DNA of 64,000 nucleotides from Hyalangium minutum (GCF_000737315.1 NZ_JMCB01000001.1:372001-436000), one strand, 5' to 3'; numbered from the stretch's first letter, positions 49,967 to 61,231 are shown. The notes: a model not told the origin generated them from the letters alone. A program made the numbers and translations.

Positions 49967-52264
49967 TCACACCTGGATCGACCGTGAGAGTGGCAACTCG
50001 CGGATGCGCTGGCCCGTGAGCGCGAAGATCGCGTTCGCGATGGCCGGCGCCACCGGCGGCACACCCGGCTCGCCGATGCCTCCCGGGCGCCCCTCGCTCT
50101 GGACGATCTCCACGTGGATCTTCCGTGGAGCCTCGCCGATGCGCACCAGCTTGTAGTTGTGGAAGCTGGACTGCTCCGGCACCCCACCCTTCATCGTGAT
50201 GGCTCCGTGCATCGCGATGCTCATCCCGAAGATGATCGAGCCCTCCATCTGGGCTCGGACGCGATCCGGGTTGATGACCGTGCCCGCATCCACCACCACC
50301 CAGGCCTCGTCGATTCCGATCCGGCCATCGGGCTTGCGCACCGCGGACACCACCACCCCCACATAGGAGAGGAAGCTCCGGTGGGCCGCGAGCCCCAGTG
50401 CCCGGCCGTCCTTCTTCCGGTCCTTCCAGCGCGAGAACTCCGTGACGCGCTCGACCACTCCTCGCAAGCGCCCCGCGTCCACCGGGTGCTCCTCCACCGG
50501 CTGGCCATAGTTCGCCAGCTGCTCGATGCCGAGCTCCTTCAGCGTCGCCACCCGGGGCGGCCCGATCAGCTCCAGCCTCACGTCGCGGGGATCCTCACCC
50601 CGGTCATGCGCCAGCTCGTCGATGAAGGAGTTCACCGCGAACGAGTGGAAGATGTTGTACACGGACCGCAGCCAGCCGATCCGCACATAGGCCTTCGCCT
50701 CGCACGCCTCCGCCCGGACGTTGGGCACCGCGAGCGCCAGATCCAGCACGCCCTGCTGAAGATCCCGCGCCGACGGCTTCGCAGGCCCGCCGAACACCGT
50801 CCCGATCGGAGGGAACGCCGTACGGTGCCGCCACGCGATAACCTTGTTGCTCGCGTCGAGCCCCGCGCTCAGCCGCTGCGCGCTGACCGAGTGGTAGTAG
50901 TCGTGCTGGATGTCATCGTCGCGCGTCCACTGCACGCGCACCGGAACACCCGCCTCCTTCGCCAGCCAGCAAACCTCGGAGACGAAGTCCGCTTTCGACT
51001 TGCGGCCAAAGCCGCCCCCCAGGAACGTCACATGGACCTGGACCTTGTCCTCAGTCAGCCCGAGCACACGGGCCGCCTCGGTGCGCGCGGCCTGGGGGTT
51101 CTGCGTGGGCGCCCACACCTCGCAGGTGCCCCCCTCGAAGCGCGCCAGCGCGACCGGCGGCTCCATCGGCACGTGTGACTGATGGGGAATGTAGTACTCG
51201 GCCTCGACCAGACGCGCGGCCTTGGCCAGAGCGCCCTCGGTGTCTCCCACGTTGCGAACGGCTGTGCCCGGCTTCCGCACGGACTCGAGCAGCGTCTGGT
51301 GGTACGTCTCCGAATCGTAGACCGTGTTCTCTCCGTGGTCCCACGTGATGTCGAGCGCCGCGCGGCCTCGCATCGCCGCCCAGGTGTTCTCCGCGAGCAC
51401 GGCGATGCCGCCCCACGGCTGGAAGGCGTACGGCGGCTTCGGCGCGGGAATCTCGATGACGCGCTTCACCCCAGGAATCGCGAGCGCCTTGCTCGCATCG
51501 AACTTCGTCACGCGCCCGCCCACCACGGGAGGCCGCGCAATCACCGCGATGAGCATCCCCGGGAGCCGGACATCCGCGCCGAAGCTGGCCTTGCCCGTGA
51601 CGTAGGCGGGACCATCCAGGAGCGGCAGCGGTTGACCCACGTGACGCAGCTCGGACCGGGGCCGGAGCTTGACGTCCGCGGGCTTGGGCACCGTCAGCTT
51701 CCCGGCCTCCAGCGCCAGCTCGCCGAAGCCCAGCGTCTCCTTGCCTTCACGGCGGAAGACGGCGTGGTCCCGCGCCTCGCAGTCCTCCGGCTTCACCTTC
51801 CACCGCTTCGCCGCAACCGCCACCAACATCACCCGCGCGGTGGCGCCCACGCGGCGCATCTCCTCATAGATGGTCCGCACGCTGCTGGAGCCATCCGTGT
51901 TCTGGTCGCCGTAGGCCTTGTCTCCATCCGCCTGGAGGATCTTCACCCGCGCCATATCCGCGCCGAGCTCGTCGGCGATCAGCACGGGCAGCGAGCTGCG
52001 GATGCCCTGCCCCATCTCGGAGCGGTGGCACACGATCGTCACCACCCCATCCGGGGCCACGTGCAGGTAGACGTTGGGGTTCAGCCCCGGCGCTGCCAGT
52101 TCCTGGACCTGATGGGTCGTCTGCTGCTTGGACCCCGAGGACTCCTTCGTGGGCTTCTGTGCCTCCGCTTCCGAGGCGAAGAAGCCGAGGGCGAGGCCGC
52201 CCACCGAGAGATTCAGCCCCGCGAGGAAGGTCCGCCGGGCGATCAACATGCGCTCTTGGCTCAT
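49967..52264 (-). CDS. iorB: Isoquinoline 1-oxidoreductase beta-like molybdopterin subunit (Tat signal)
   Basis: RRTFL, RSEMGQG, GGGFGRK, GWLRSV, AQMEG, GIGEPG.P. Confidence 0.85.
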   Translation of the reverse strand: MSQERMLIARRTFLAGLNLSVGGLALGFFASEAEAQKPTKESSGSKQQTTHQVQELAAPGLNPNVYLHVAPDGVVTIVCHRSEMGQGIRSSLPVLIADELGADMARVKILQADGDKAYGDQNTDGSSSVRTIYEEMRRVGATARVMLVAVAAKRWKVKPEDCEARDHAVFRREGKETLGFGELALEAGKLTVPKPADVKLRPRSELRHVGQPLPLLDGPAYVTGKASFGADVRLPGMLIAVIARPPVVGGRVTKFDASKALAIPGVKRVIEIPAPKPPYAFQPWGGIAVLAENTWAAMRGRAALDITWDHGENTVYDSETYHQTLLESVRKPGTAVRNVGDTEGALAKAARLVEAEYYIPHQSHVPMEPPVALARFEGGTCEVWAPTQNPQAARTEAARVLGLTEDKVQVHVTFLGGGFGRKSKADFVSEVCWLAKEAGVPVRVQWTRDDDIQHDYYHSVSAQRLSAGLDASNKVIAWRHRTAFPPIGTVFGGPAKPSARDLQQGVLDLALAVPNVRAEACEAKAYVRIGWLRSVYNIFHSFAVNSFIDELAHDRGEDPRDVRLELIGPPRVATLKELGIEQLANYGQPVEEHPVDAGRLRGVVERVTEFSRWKDRKKDGRALGLAAHRSFLSYVGVVVSAVRKPDGRIGIDEAWVVVDAGTVINPDRVRAQMEGSIIFGMSIAMHGAITMKGGVPEQSSFHNYKLVRIGEAPRKIHVEIVQSEGRPGGIGEPGVPPVAPAIANAIFALTGQRIRELPLSRSIQV

Positions 52265-52274
52265 GGCGTCCTCG

Positions 52275-52732
<458 letters not shown>

Positions 52733-52736
<4 letters not shown>

Positions 52737-53413
52737 GGCCGTGCCTCCTCGCTCGGGCACTCGGCGCCCGTCTCCGCCCAGGCCGCGACGATGGCGCCGA
52801 AGCTCTCCTGGGTTCCCGGCACGGGCTCGCGGTCCCAACCGGGCTTCCATCCCCAGCCCACGAGCTCGTCGTGCGCGTTGTGCTCGACGATCTGGGCCAG
52901 CGTCTTCCCGCCGTTCCGGGACTTGTCCTTCAACTGCTCGCAGATCTGGTGCGGCGTGCGGCCCACCCATGCCATCGAGCGGGGCGCCAGGTGCCAGTTC
53001 GGAGCTCCGGGCACGCGCGCCAGCTCCAGGTTCTTGTCCTGGTGGCAGCTCGTGCACTCCATGCCTACGACGCCGCGGTCCTCGGGACCACGCACCACCG
53101 GCGGATCGTGCAGGGCCTTCTGGGTCCCCTGATAGGGGGAATCCCCGTCCGGGTGGCAGTTGGCGCACCTCGGGTGCAGCAACACCCGGCTGGCCTCCAA
53201 AAAGAGCGCCCGAGAGCGATCTGCCCGGTCCGTGATGATGTTGAACGCCTCGACCGCGCGCAGCTCGTGGGGTCCGACTTGGGGAAGGACGTCGGACAAC
53301 CGAGGGGTGGGCTCGGGCGCATTCTTGGTGCAGCCCATGGCCGCGAGCAGCACGAGAGCGGAGGTCCAGCCGCACAGGCGCGGTGGCTTCCTAGAGTGGA
53401 ACAACCGGTTCAT
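52733..53413 (-). CDS. Diheme c-type cytochrome lipoprotein associated with IorAB
   Basis: Lipobox AAMGC; two CxxCH motifs (RCANCH, CTSCH). Confidence 0.75.
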
Positions 53414-53534
53414 GGTCGAACTCGTGGACAAAGTGCTCAAGGAAAGAAGGCACACGATACGGCGGACAGGACGCCGCGCGTAGCACTTCCTCCACGCCCC
53501 GAGCCGCGCAGGAGCGGTGACTGCTCACTCCGCG

Positions 53535-54053
53535 TCACTTCCCGTGCTCAGCCACCGTGATGGCCCACCACGGCCCTCGCGTCTGCCCGAGCAGCGCCTC
53601 CCAGTACCACTGCGACACCTCGGTCCACCGGCCTGCCGTTCCTTCCAGGATGGCCTCTCGCACCGTGAGCCTCACTTCGCCACGCGAGGCGGTGAACCGG
53701 TGCCAGGCGCTCCCGTCCGCCTCGCGCCAGAACGCCGGCGGTGACGTCGAGTAACCAAGCCCCCGGAAACAGTCCGCCGCTGGGTGAAGTTGGCGCGTGG
53801 GCGCCGCCACCCACCGGAGGATGAGCTCCCGCTGCCCATCCGTGAAGCGGCCGATACGGCCTGGGAAGCCCGCGCCGAACCGCTCCTCCCGCTCCGAGAG
53901 GGGTAGCTCTCGCAGCGTCCGCCCCTCGAAAGACGTGGGCCAGCCCGGGAAGGAGTCCTCCACCGGCGCACGCTCGCGGGCAGCACGCCAGAAGGGCGCC
54001 GTGGCCAGCAGCACGCCCGAGAGCATGAACACGCCCCAGGAAATCCGGCTCAT
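53535..54053 (-). CDS. Exosortase-associated protein (EpsI-like)
   Basis: N-terminal TM; FPG.I.RFT, RQLHPAADCFRG.GY, S.WYW; overlaps the exosortase stop. Confidence 0.65.
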   Translation of the reverse strand: MSRISWGVFMLSGVLLATAPFWRAARERAPVEDSFPGWPTSFEGRTLRELPLSEREERFGAGFPGRIGRFTDGQRELILRWVAAPTRQLHPAADCFRGLGYSTSPPAFWREADGSAWHRFTASRGEVRLTVREAILEGTAGRWTEVSQWYWEALLGQTRGPWWAITVAEHGK

Positions 54054-54847
54054 CCGTGCACCGCCACGGCCCGCTGCCGCTCGCGCTGCCACAGGCAGAT
54101 GGCCGCGATGAGGAGGCACACCGGGAGGAAGGACGCCACGCCCACGCCCTCGTGGAGCCACGAGGGCCCAAGGATTCGCCCCCGCTCCACGAGCGTGAGC
54201 GCGCTGACTCGAAGTGCATTGCCGAAGAGGATGACGCCCACTCCGAGCACGCACACCCAGAGCGTCCGCCCCGCCCCCAGCCGCAACAGACAGGCCAGCA
54301 TGACCACCAGGAAGAGCCCCACCCAGAGCATGCGCGCCCCGCTGCACGGCGCGTCCACGAGGATGACGTCCGAGCCGATCGCCAGGCTGGCCCCCTCTCG
54401 CACCGCGGGCAGCCCCATCCCTCGCAGCATGGGCACAGCCAGCGCCGCCGCAGCGAGCCGCAGCGGATAGCCCAGGTAGAACTGCACCGACGACAGGACC
54501 GGCAGCGCCAGGAGCGCCAGCAGCCAGGTGCCCAGATGGAACGCACGGCCCTCGGTCATCCTCGAGACGATCGCGGTGACACACAGCAAGCACACCGCGG
54601 CGCGCACCAGCGGTGGCAGCCACGAGTGGCTCACGGCCACCGCCACATTGACGGCCGCGAGCCTCCAGACATCCCGCTCCGGCAGCGGGTGCCGTGCGCC
54701 CCGAGGCAGCAGCAGCACCAGCGCCAGCAGGGCCAACAGGCCCCACGGCTCATCCGAGCCGTCCTGGACTCGGCGGGCGTACCAGCTCCACGCCTCCCAG
54801 CCGGCGAGGAACTGCACCCCGAGGAGCAAATACGAGCGCCGCATCAT
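54050..54847 (-). CDS. Exosortase (XrtQ-like)
   Basis: Cys-Arg-His triad: VDAPCSG, GNALRV, WLHEGVG; N-terminal DGSDEPWG. Confidence 0.8.
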   Translation of the reverse strand: MMRRSYLLLGVQFLAGWEAWSWYARRVQDGSDEPWGLLALLALVLLLPRGARHPLPERDVWRLAAVNVAVAVSHSWLPPLVRAAVCLLCVTAIVSRMTEGRAFHLGTWLLALLALPVLSSVQFYLGYPLRLAAAALAVPMLRGMGLPAVREGASLAIGSDVILVDAPCSGARMLWVGLFLVVMLACLLRLGAGRTLWVCVLGVGVILFGNALRVSALTLVERGRILGPSWLHEGVGVASFLPVCLLIAAICLWQRERQRAVAVHG

Positions 54848-57264
54848 CAGGGCGCCCGGCGCAGGCGGAAGGCGAAGGCCCCCAGGAGGGCACAGGCTAC
54901 GGCCAACAGCATCCACGTCTCCGGCTCGGGCACACTGGGCACGGTGCCCGGCTCCACGGGCCTCAGGCCCGCCTCGTCGTACTGTTCCTTGCGCTCCAGC
55001 ACCACCGCGCCCGACACCTCCGTGACGAGCTGGTGCCGAGCCGCGAGCGCCCCCGCCTGCTCCCGGGACTCATCGCCTCCTTCGGCCAGGAGCCGATCGG
55101 ACTCGCTGCTCGCCCAGAGGCGCGCCAGGTGCGACGACGTCTTCCAGGCCTCTCCCGTGGAGGAGACCTCCGTCACCGGCAGCCGATCTCTCTGGAGCAC
55201 ATAGGAATGCCCGCCCCACGAGGTGAACACCCGCCGCAGATCCTCCTCCAGCGTCCCGAGCCGCGGCACCGGGCGGAAGCGCACGGCGCGGGAGAGATCC
55301 ACCGCGATCCGGTTCGGGCCCCGGCCCACCATCACGTCGAGCACTTCGTGCGGATGACGGGATGTAATCCACCAGTTGGGGGCGTCCCCTACCGCACCAG
55401 GCTCCAGCGGATGAGGCCCGTGGACCCAGATCACCGTCGAGCGCTCCGAGCCTGCGGCCAGCTCCCACGCTCGGGCCAGCGCCGGGCTGCCGTCCTGGCC
55501 GCCCGCGGCGCGCAGCCCCTGCAGCTCCTTCGCCGCGCGCTGAAGCCCCTCGTCGCTCACCGGACCGAGCGGCAGGATCTCCTCGACCCCATCTCTCGAC
55601 GCCAGCACCGCCAGCTCGGTGCCCTTGGGGAAGACGCTCAGGGCCGAGGCGATCTCCGGCAGCGCCTCCTTCATCGCCTTGGAGCCCTCGACGACCAGGA
55701 TGACCCGTGCGGGCAGCTCCACCGTGGACCTGCGAAGCTGCTGGCGCACGATGTAGCCCTGGGCATCCATGAGGTCCTCCGTCCAGGCCACCTCCGCCGC
55801 GCCCTTGCGCTCGACGGTGAGCATCGCCTTGGGAGGCTGGAGCGCCTCGTCCGCCAGGGAGCCCAGCCACTCGCTCACCCCGTCATGGCGCTGCTCCACG
55901 CTGCCGCCCGCTGCCGTCGTGAGCGGGCGTCGGGACTCCACACGCACCACGTGCCGGAAGTCCTCGGGGATGTGGAAGTTGCGCTCGGCGAAAGACGGCA
56001 GCAGGAGCGTGGCGAAGCGGGCCTCGTCCCGAGGCAGCAGCGGCACGGTGAAGCCGATCTTGATCTTCATCGGCGTGGCCTTCACCACGGGGAAGCACTG
56101 GACCTGGAGCCGATCCGGCCCCCGCAGGGTGACCAGCAGCGGATCCCGCCGCGCCCGGACGATCTTGGCGTAGGCCGCCTCGACCTTGCCGGTGGAGGCA
56201 AAGGCCGCCTCGCGCTCCTGGCCGTCGATGAACAGCGTCACCCGCGAGACGACCGCTCCGGGCGGGAGGAGCACTTGGGTGCGCGCCTCGGACTGGCCTT
56301 CCGCTGTCGTGGCGAAGCTCATCGTCCACTCCAGGTAGGCGAGTGCCGCGTCCCCATCCACCGAGCCCTTCAGCTCCGAGCTGGCCAGCGAGAGCCCCGG
56401 AACCCGGCCGCCCACCGTGGAGGTCGCCAGCTCCCAGTCCACACGGGCGGGATCCGGAGGCCCGTCCTCGTCCGCGAGGTGGAAGAACCTCCCGGTACTC
56501 AGGCCGTCGGGCTTGGGGCGCGTGTTGAACGGCTGCCCCGTCACCCGGTAGTACGCCGTCCTCGCCTCGGCGGTGCTCACCGCACCATCAAAGGACATCA
56601 GGAAGTCCAGGAGACTGGCCCGCTGCGGAGCCACATAGCAGGCGGCCCGGAGGATCTCCTCGCTGCCGGCCTCGCGCAGCCACTCGAGCGCCGCGCGCTG
56701 GGTCTTCGGCCCTCCATTCACTGCCGCGTGCAGTGCCAGCCGGGTCCCCGCCACCCGCCCCTCCGCAGCGAAGAACGCCACCAGGGCCACGGCCGCACCG
56801 ATCCACGCCCGAGGGAGCGGAGCCTCCGCAGGAAGCGCTCGCTTCAGTCGGCCTCGAATGATGAGGGCCGTGATGAGCGAGAACAAGGGCGCCAGAGGCA
56901 GCAGGCCCATGCCGACAATCAAGATAGCGATCACCGACAGGGGCAGCAGCGGCAGGAAGATCGCCGTGTAGACCGCGCTGATTCCGAGCACCGCGCCATT
57001 GGCCACCAGGGCGGCGCGCATCCAGCGAGGAGAACCCTCGAGCGTGGCAACCAATCCGAAACCGTTGGCCAGAGGAACACATGCCACCAGGAAGACGTGC
57101 ATCCACGTGGGCAGCGGATCGAAGAACTCCTCGGCGCACATCCGCGAGTTCAGCTCGATGAGCAGCGTCAGCGCGGGCAGCAGAACGCCCAGGGCCCACG
57201 CCAAGAAGGTCACCACGGCGGGCCACCACCGCCATCCCGATGGCTGATTCGAAGCTCCGTTCAC
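54847..57264 (-). CDS. VIT-domain protein with PEP-CTERM sorting signal
   Basis: N-terminal TMs; VIT-like EAR..VLLPPGAVVSRVTLFIDGQEREA; degenerate vWA; C-terminal VPEPETW + TM + RLRR. Confidence 0.8.
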   Translation of the reverse strand: MNGASNQPSGWRWWPAVVTFLAWALGVLLPALTLLIELNSRMCAEEFFDPLPTWMHVFLVACVPLANGFGLVATLEGSPRWMRAALVANGAVLGISAVYTAIFLPLLPLSVIAILIVGMGLLPLAPLFSLITALIIRGRLKRALPAEAPLPRAWIGAAVALVAFFAAEGRVAGTRLALHAAVNGGPKTQRAALEWLREAGSEEILRAACYVAPQRASLLDFLMSFDGAVSTAEARTAYYRVTGQPFNTRPKPDGLSTGRFFHLADEDGPPDPARVDWELATSTVGGRVPGLSLASSELKGSVDGDAALAYLEWTMSFATTAEGQSEARTQVLLPPGAVVSRVTLFIDGQEREAAFASTGKVEAAYAKIVRARRDPLLVTLRGPDRLQVQCFPVVKATPMKIKIGFTVPLLPRDEARFATLLLPSFAERNFHIPEDFRHVVRVESRRPLTTAAGGSVEQRHDGVSEWLGSLADEALQPPKAMLTVERKGAAEVAWTEDLMDAQGYIVRQQLRRSTVELPARVILVVEGSKAMKEALPEIASALSVFPKGTELAVLASRDGVEEILPLGPVSDEGLQRAAKELQGLRAAGGQDGSPALARAWELAAGSERSTVIWVHGPHPLEPGAVGDAPNWWITSRHPHEVLDVMVGRGPNRIAVDLSRAVRFRPVPRLGTLEEDLRRVFTSWGGHSYVLQRDRLPVTEVSSTGEAWKTSSHLARLWASSESDRLLAEGGDESREQAGALAARHQLVTEVSGAVVLERKEQYDEAGLRPVEPGTVPSVPEPETWMLLAVACALLGAFAFRLRRAP

Positions 57265-57344
57265 GCCACGCTCACCTTGGAAGCTGGGCTTGCCCAGTGT
57301 GGAAATGGTACCGAATAGGCCGCAGCGTACCTAAGGAGCAGCGG

Positions 57345-57797
57345 ATGCTTCACTGGCAGTGGAAACCTTTCACGGCGCTCACGGTGGAGGAGCTCTACCA
57401 GGTGCTTGCCCTGCGCTCGGAGGTCTTCGTGGTGGAGCAGAAGTCCATCTACCTGGACGCGGATGGCTATGACCGGCGCGCACATCACCTGCTCGGCATC
57501 CAGCCGGACGAGCCGGAGTCCTTCCTCGCGGCCTACCTCCGCGTACTCCCTCCCGGGCTGAAGTACCCGGAGGCCAGCCTGGGCCGCGTCGTCACGTCGC
57601 CCCGGGCGCGCCGCTACGGCTACGGCAAGACGCTGGTGGAGCGAGGCCTCGCCTTCATTGATGCGACCTACCCCGGAGCGGCGGTCCGCATCGGCGCCCA
57701 GCACTACCTCCAGCGCTTCTATGAGGGGTTTGGCTTCCGCCGCATCAGCGACGTGTACGACGAGGACGGCATCCCCCACATCGACATGCTCCGCTGA
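57345..57797 (+). CDS. elaA: ElaA-family GNAT acetyltransferase
   Basis: ELY..L.LRSEVFVVEQ..Y.D.DG.D, GRVVT, AQHYL..FY..FGF, YDEDGIPHIDM. Confidence 0.9.
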   Translation: MLHWQWKPFTALTVEELYQVLALRSEVFVVEQKSIYLDADGYDRRAHHLLGIQPDEPESFLAAYLRVLPPGLKYPEASLGRVVTSPRARRYGYGKTLVERGLAFIDATYPGAAVRIGAQHYLQRFYEGFGFRRISDVYDEDGIPHIDMLR

Positions 57798-57808
57798 GGG
57801 TTCGCCGC

Positions 57809-59077
57809 ATGCGCCAGCGCCTGCTCTCCATCTTCGGCGGCTCGGTGGGCAACCTCATCGAGTGGTACGACTTCTACATCTACTCGGCCTTCTCCCTGTA
57901 CTTCGCGAAGGCCTTCTTCCCGGGAGGGGACCCGCTCGTCGAGCAGCTCAATACGGCCGGCGTCTTCGCCCTGGGCTTCCTGATCCGGCCCATTGGCGGC
58001 TGGTTGATGGGCATGTACGCGGACCTGCGGGGGCGCCGGGCTGCGCTGTCGCTGTCCGTCACGCTGATGTGCCTGGGCTCGCTCGTCATCGCCACGTGCC
58101 CGACGTACGAGCAGATCGGCGTGCTGGCGCCCATCGTCTTGATCCTGGCCCGGCTGCTCCAGGGGCTGTCGCTGGGCGGCGAGTACGGCACGAGCGCCAC
58201 GTACCTCAGCGAGGTGGCCACCTCGCGCCACCGAGGTTTCTACAGCTCCTTCCAGTACGTCACGCTCATCATGGGCCAGCTCCTGGCCACGATGACGCTG
58301 CTGGTGCTTCAGCGTCTGGTGCTCACGGGTCCCCAGCTGGAGGCGTGGGGGTGGCGGATTCCGTTCCTGTGCGGCGCGGCGCTGGCGGTGGTGGGCTTCT
58401 ACATGCGCCGCAACATGGTGGAGACGGAGGCCTTCCAGGCGGAGGCGGCCCGGCCGAAAGAGCACCGGCCCATGCGCGAGCTGCTGCGGCACCCGAGGGA
58501 GCTTGCCCTCGTGGTGGGGCTCACCATGGGAGGCACGCTCGCCTTCTACACGTACACCGTCTACATGCAGAAGTTCCTGGTGAACTCGGTGGGCCTGAGC
58601 CGGGACCAGGCCACGCTGATCTCGGTGTCCTCGCTGTTCTTCTACATGCTGTTGCAGCCGGTGTTCGGCCTGCTCTCGGACAAGATTGGCCGCAGGCCCG
58701 TGTTGATGGGATTCGGCGTGCTGGGAACGCTGTGCACGGTGCCGCTGCTGACGTCGCTGACGCAGACGCGGGACTCCTTCACGGCGTTCCTGCTGGTGAT
58801 GGCGGCGCTGGTGATTGTCTCGGGCTATACGTCCATCAACGCCGTGGTGAAGGCCGAGCTGTTCCCCGCCAACATCCGGGCCCTGGGCGTGGGCCTGCCC
58901 TATGCGCTGACCGTGTCCCTCTTCGGCGGCACGGCCGAGTACGTGGGCACCTGGCTCAAGGTGAAGGGCCACGAGTCCTGGTTCTTCTGGTACGTGTCCG
59001 GCTGCATCCTGTGCTCGCTGCTGGTCTACACCTTCATGCGCGACACGAGGCACCAGCACCGGTTCGATGCCACCTGA
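57809..59077 (+). CDS. kgtP: MFS alpha-ketoglutarate permease-like (MHS family)
   Basis: GNLIEWYDF, RLLQGLSLGGEYG, WGWRIPF, KAELFP..IRALGVG. Confidence 0.85.
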   Translation: MRQRLLSIFGGSVGNLIEWYDFYIYSAFSLYFAKAFFPGGDPLVEQLNTAGVFALGFLIRPIGGWLMGMYADLRGRRAALSLSVTLMCLGSLVIATCPTYEQIGVLAPIVLILARLLQGLSLGGEYGTSATYLSEVATSRHRGFYSSFQYVTLIMGQLLATMTLLVLQRLVLTGPQLEAWGWRIPFLCGAALAVVGFYMRRNMVETEAFQAEAARPKEHRPMRELLRHPRELALVVGLTMGGTLAFYTYTVYMQKFLVNSVGLSRDQATLISVSSLFFYMLLQPVFGLLSDKIGRRPVLMGFGVLGTLCTVPLLTSLTQTRDSFTAFLLVMAALVIVSGYTSINAVVKAELFPANIRALGVGLPYALTVSLFGGTAEYVGTWLKVKGHESWFFWYVSGCILCSLLVYTFMRDTRHQHRFDAT

Positions 59078-59080
59078 CCG

Positions 59081-60832
59081 CTAGTTCTCCCCCATGCGCG
59101 CCAGGGAGTTCCGCGCGTCCCTCGAGAACCGGCCGGAGGGATCCAGGACGAGGTACTGCTTGTAGGCGTCGGCCGCCTCCTTTTCCTCCTTGGTGGCCTG
59201 GAGCGCCATGCCCAGGAAGTACCACGCGTGGGCCTTCAGCGAGTCCTGCTCCACCACGTCTTGCAGCAGCTTGACGGCCTCGGCGTTGCTGTCCTCGTCG
59301 GTCCGGCCCAGCACCAGCGCGAAGCCCAGCCCCTCCTTGGCCTCCAGCGAGCCCGGCTGGAACTTCAGCGCCGCGCGGTAGTTCTCCGCGGCAACCTCGT
59401 AGCGCCTGCCGGTGAGCGCGGCCTTCGCCTGCTGGAGGTACTTCTCGATATCCACCACGGGCGGGGACGGAGTCAGCTTCCGGGGCGGAGGCGGCACCTC
59501 GGGCCCTGTCTTGGAACCGCCTGGCACCACGGAGGCCTCGGTGGCCGCCGGTGGCGCGTCCGTCTCGGGATGCGGCGTCCGCTTGATGGCGATGGCCGTG
59601 AGACCAATGGCCAACCACCCGAGTGCCGTGCCAGCCCCCACCGTCCACCGCCACACCGCCGGGGACAGCTTCGGCGCGAGGGGCTGTGTGCCAGGAACCG
59701 CGGGCGCAGGACTCGCAGGAGCGGGCGTGGAGGGGCTCGCGGCGGGGACGGCAGCCATCACCTCGGGGCGAGGGCTCTCGGGAGCGGGGGCCGGCAGGGC
59801 TGCTGGCACCGCGACCGCGGAGGGGCGCTCGGACCGCCACGAGGCCATCTCGTCCTGGAACGAGGCCGGTACCGAGACATCTCGCCCCGCGCGCAGCAGC
59901 GCGTCCCGGAACATCTCCTGCATGAAGTACGACAGCGTCATCGTGGAGAACTGCGGCGCGTAGGAGTACAGGAACTCCGCCAGCGCATCCCCAAAGACGT
60001 GGCTGGAGGAATAGCGGTCCTCCCGGCGCACCGTGAGCGCGCCCATGATGATGTCCTCCAGTTCCTGGGGCACCTTGGGATTGATGTCCCGAGGGCGAGG
60101 AAACTCGCCCTGGCTGAGCTTCGGCATCACCACGTACTCGGGGCCCTCGACGGGGACCTTTCCGCAGAGCATCTCGTACATGACGATGCCCGTGGCCCAC
60201 ACGTCCGTGCGCGCATCCACCTCCAGGCCTCGCGCCTGCTCGGGAGAGAAGAACAGGTACTTGCCTTTCACCACTCCGGGCTCGGTGTTCATGTCGCGCA
60301 GTTCGCGCGCCTTGGCCAGCCCGAAGTCGACGATCTTGACCTGCCCCTCGTAGCTGACGAGCACGTTCTCCGGAGAGATGTCCCGGTGGACGATGCTCAG
60401 CGGCTTGCCCGCCCCATCCTTGCGGGTGTGGGCGTAGTGCAGCCCCCGGCAGATGTGGATGCCGATGAAGGCCGCTGGAGGCACGGGGACACCGCCGCCT
60501 CCCATGCGCGCCATGTGCTGGACGATGTTGTTGAGCGGCTGCCCGTCCACGTACTCCATGCCCAGGTAGTACTCGTTGCCCACCCGGCCGAAGTCGAACA
60601 CCTGGGCGATGTTGTCGTGGGAGAGCGTGCCGCAGATGCGCGCCTCGCTGATCAACATGCTGGTGAAGGCGTAGTCGTCGGCGTACTCGGGGAGGACCTT
60701 CTTGATGAGCACCGTCTTGGCGAAGCCCGCCTCACCGAGAAGCCGGGCGAGCCAGGTCTCGGCCATGCCGCCATAGCCGAGCCGTGAGACCAGCTCATAG
60801 CGGCCGAACTGAGTTCCGGGTTGGAGCGTCAT
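59081..60832 (-). CDS. Membrane Ser/Thr protein kinase with C-terminal TPRs
   Basis: LGYGGMAE, VHRDISPEN, VKIVDFG, TM, TPR-like repeats. Confidence 0.9.
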   Translation of the reverse strand: MTLQPGTQFGRYELVSRLGYGGMAETWLARLLGEAGFAKTVLIKKVLPEYADDYAFTSMLISEARICGTLSHDNIAQVFDFGRVGNEYYLGMEYVDGQPLNNIVQHMARMGGGGVPVPPAAFIGIHICRGLHYAHTRKDGAGKPLSIVHRDISPENVLVSYEGQVKIVDFGLAKARELRDMNTEPGVVKGKYLFFSPEQARGLEVDARTDVWATGIVMYEMLCGKVPVEGPEYVVMPKLSQGEFPRPRDINPKVPQELEDIIMGALTVRREDRYSSSHVFGDALAEFLYSYAPQFSTMTLSYFMQEMFRDALLRAGRDVSVPASFQDEMASWRSERPSAVAVPAALPAPAPESPRPEVMAAVPAASPSTPAPASPAPAVPGTQPLAPKLSPAVWRWTVGAGTALGWLAIGLTAIAIKRTPHPETDAPPAATEASVVPGGSKTGPEVPPPPRKLTPSPPVVDIEKYLQQAKAALTGRRYEVAAENYRAALKFQPGSLEAKEGLGFALVLGRTDEDSNAEAVKLLQDVVEQDSLKAHAWYFLGMALQATKEEKEAADAYKQYLVLDPSGRFSRDARNSLARMGEN

Positions 60833-60952
60833 TCGGCGCCCATTCTACCCATGCTTGCAAGGCGCCTGCTCGCCCTGTTGAGGGGCAAGGGACCAGCCTC
60901 CAGGATTCCAGCCGCGCTTGGTAACTGGCGCGCACTGCACATCTCTATATCC

Positions 60953-61216
60953 ATGGAGATGATCGCCTTCATTCTCGTGGGATTGGCCACCGGTCTGGTC
61001 TGCCGCTTCATCATACCCAACCCTCGGATGGGGGGCCTGCGTGTGCCGCTCATTGGCATGGTGGGAGGCTGCTTTGGCGGCCTGGTAGGGGGAAGCTTGC
61101 AACCGGGCTCGGCGAAGATGGCCATCGCGGCGCCCAGCCTCATCGGAGCCTTCTTGGGTGCCCTCCTCACCGTGACCGTGGTGACGCTCCTCACCCGGAA
61201 CCGGGCCCACGTTTAA
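60953..61216 (+). CDS. GlsB/YeaQ/YmgE-like small membrane protein
   Basis: I.VGL..GL..RFI.P, IGMVGG.FGGLVG, LIGAFLGA.L. Confidence 0.7.
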   Translation: MEMIAFILVGLATGLVCRFIIPNPRMGGLRVPLIGMVGGCFGGLVGGSLQPGSAKMAIAAPSLIGAFLGALLTVTVVTLLTRNRAHV

Positions 61217-61231
61217 CGAGGCGGCCCGGAC

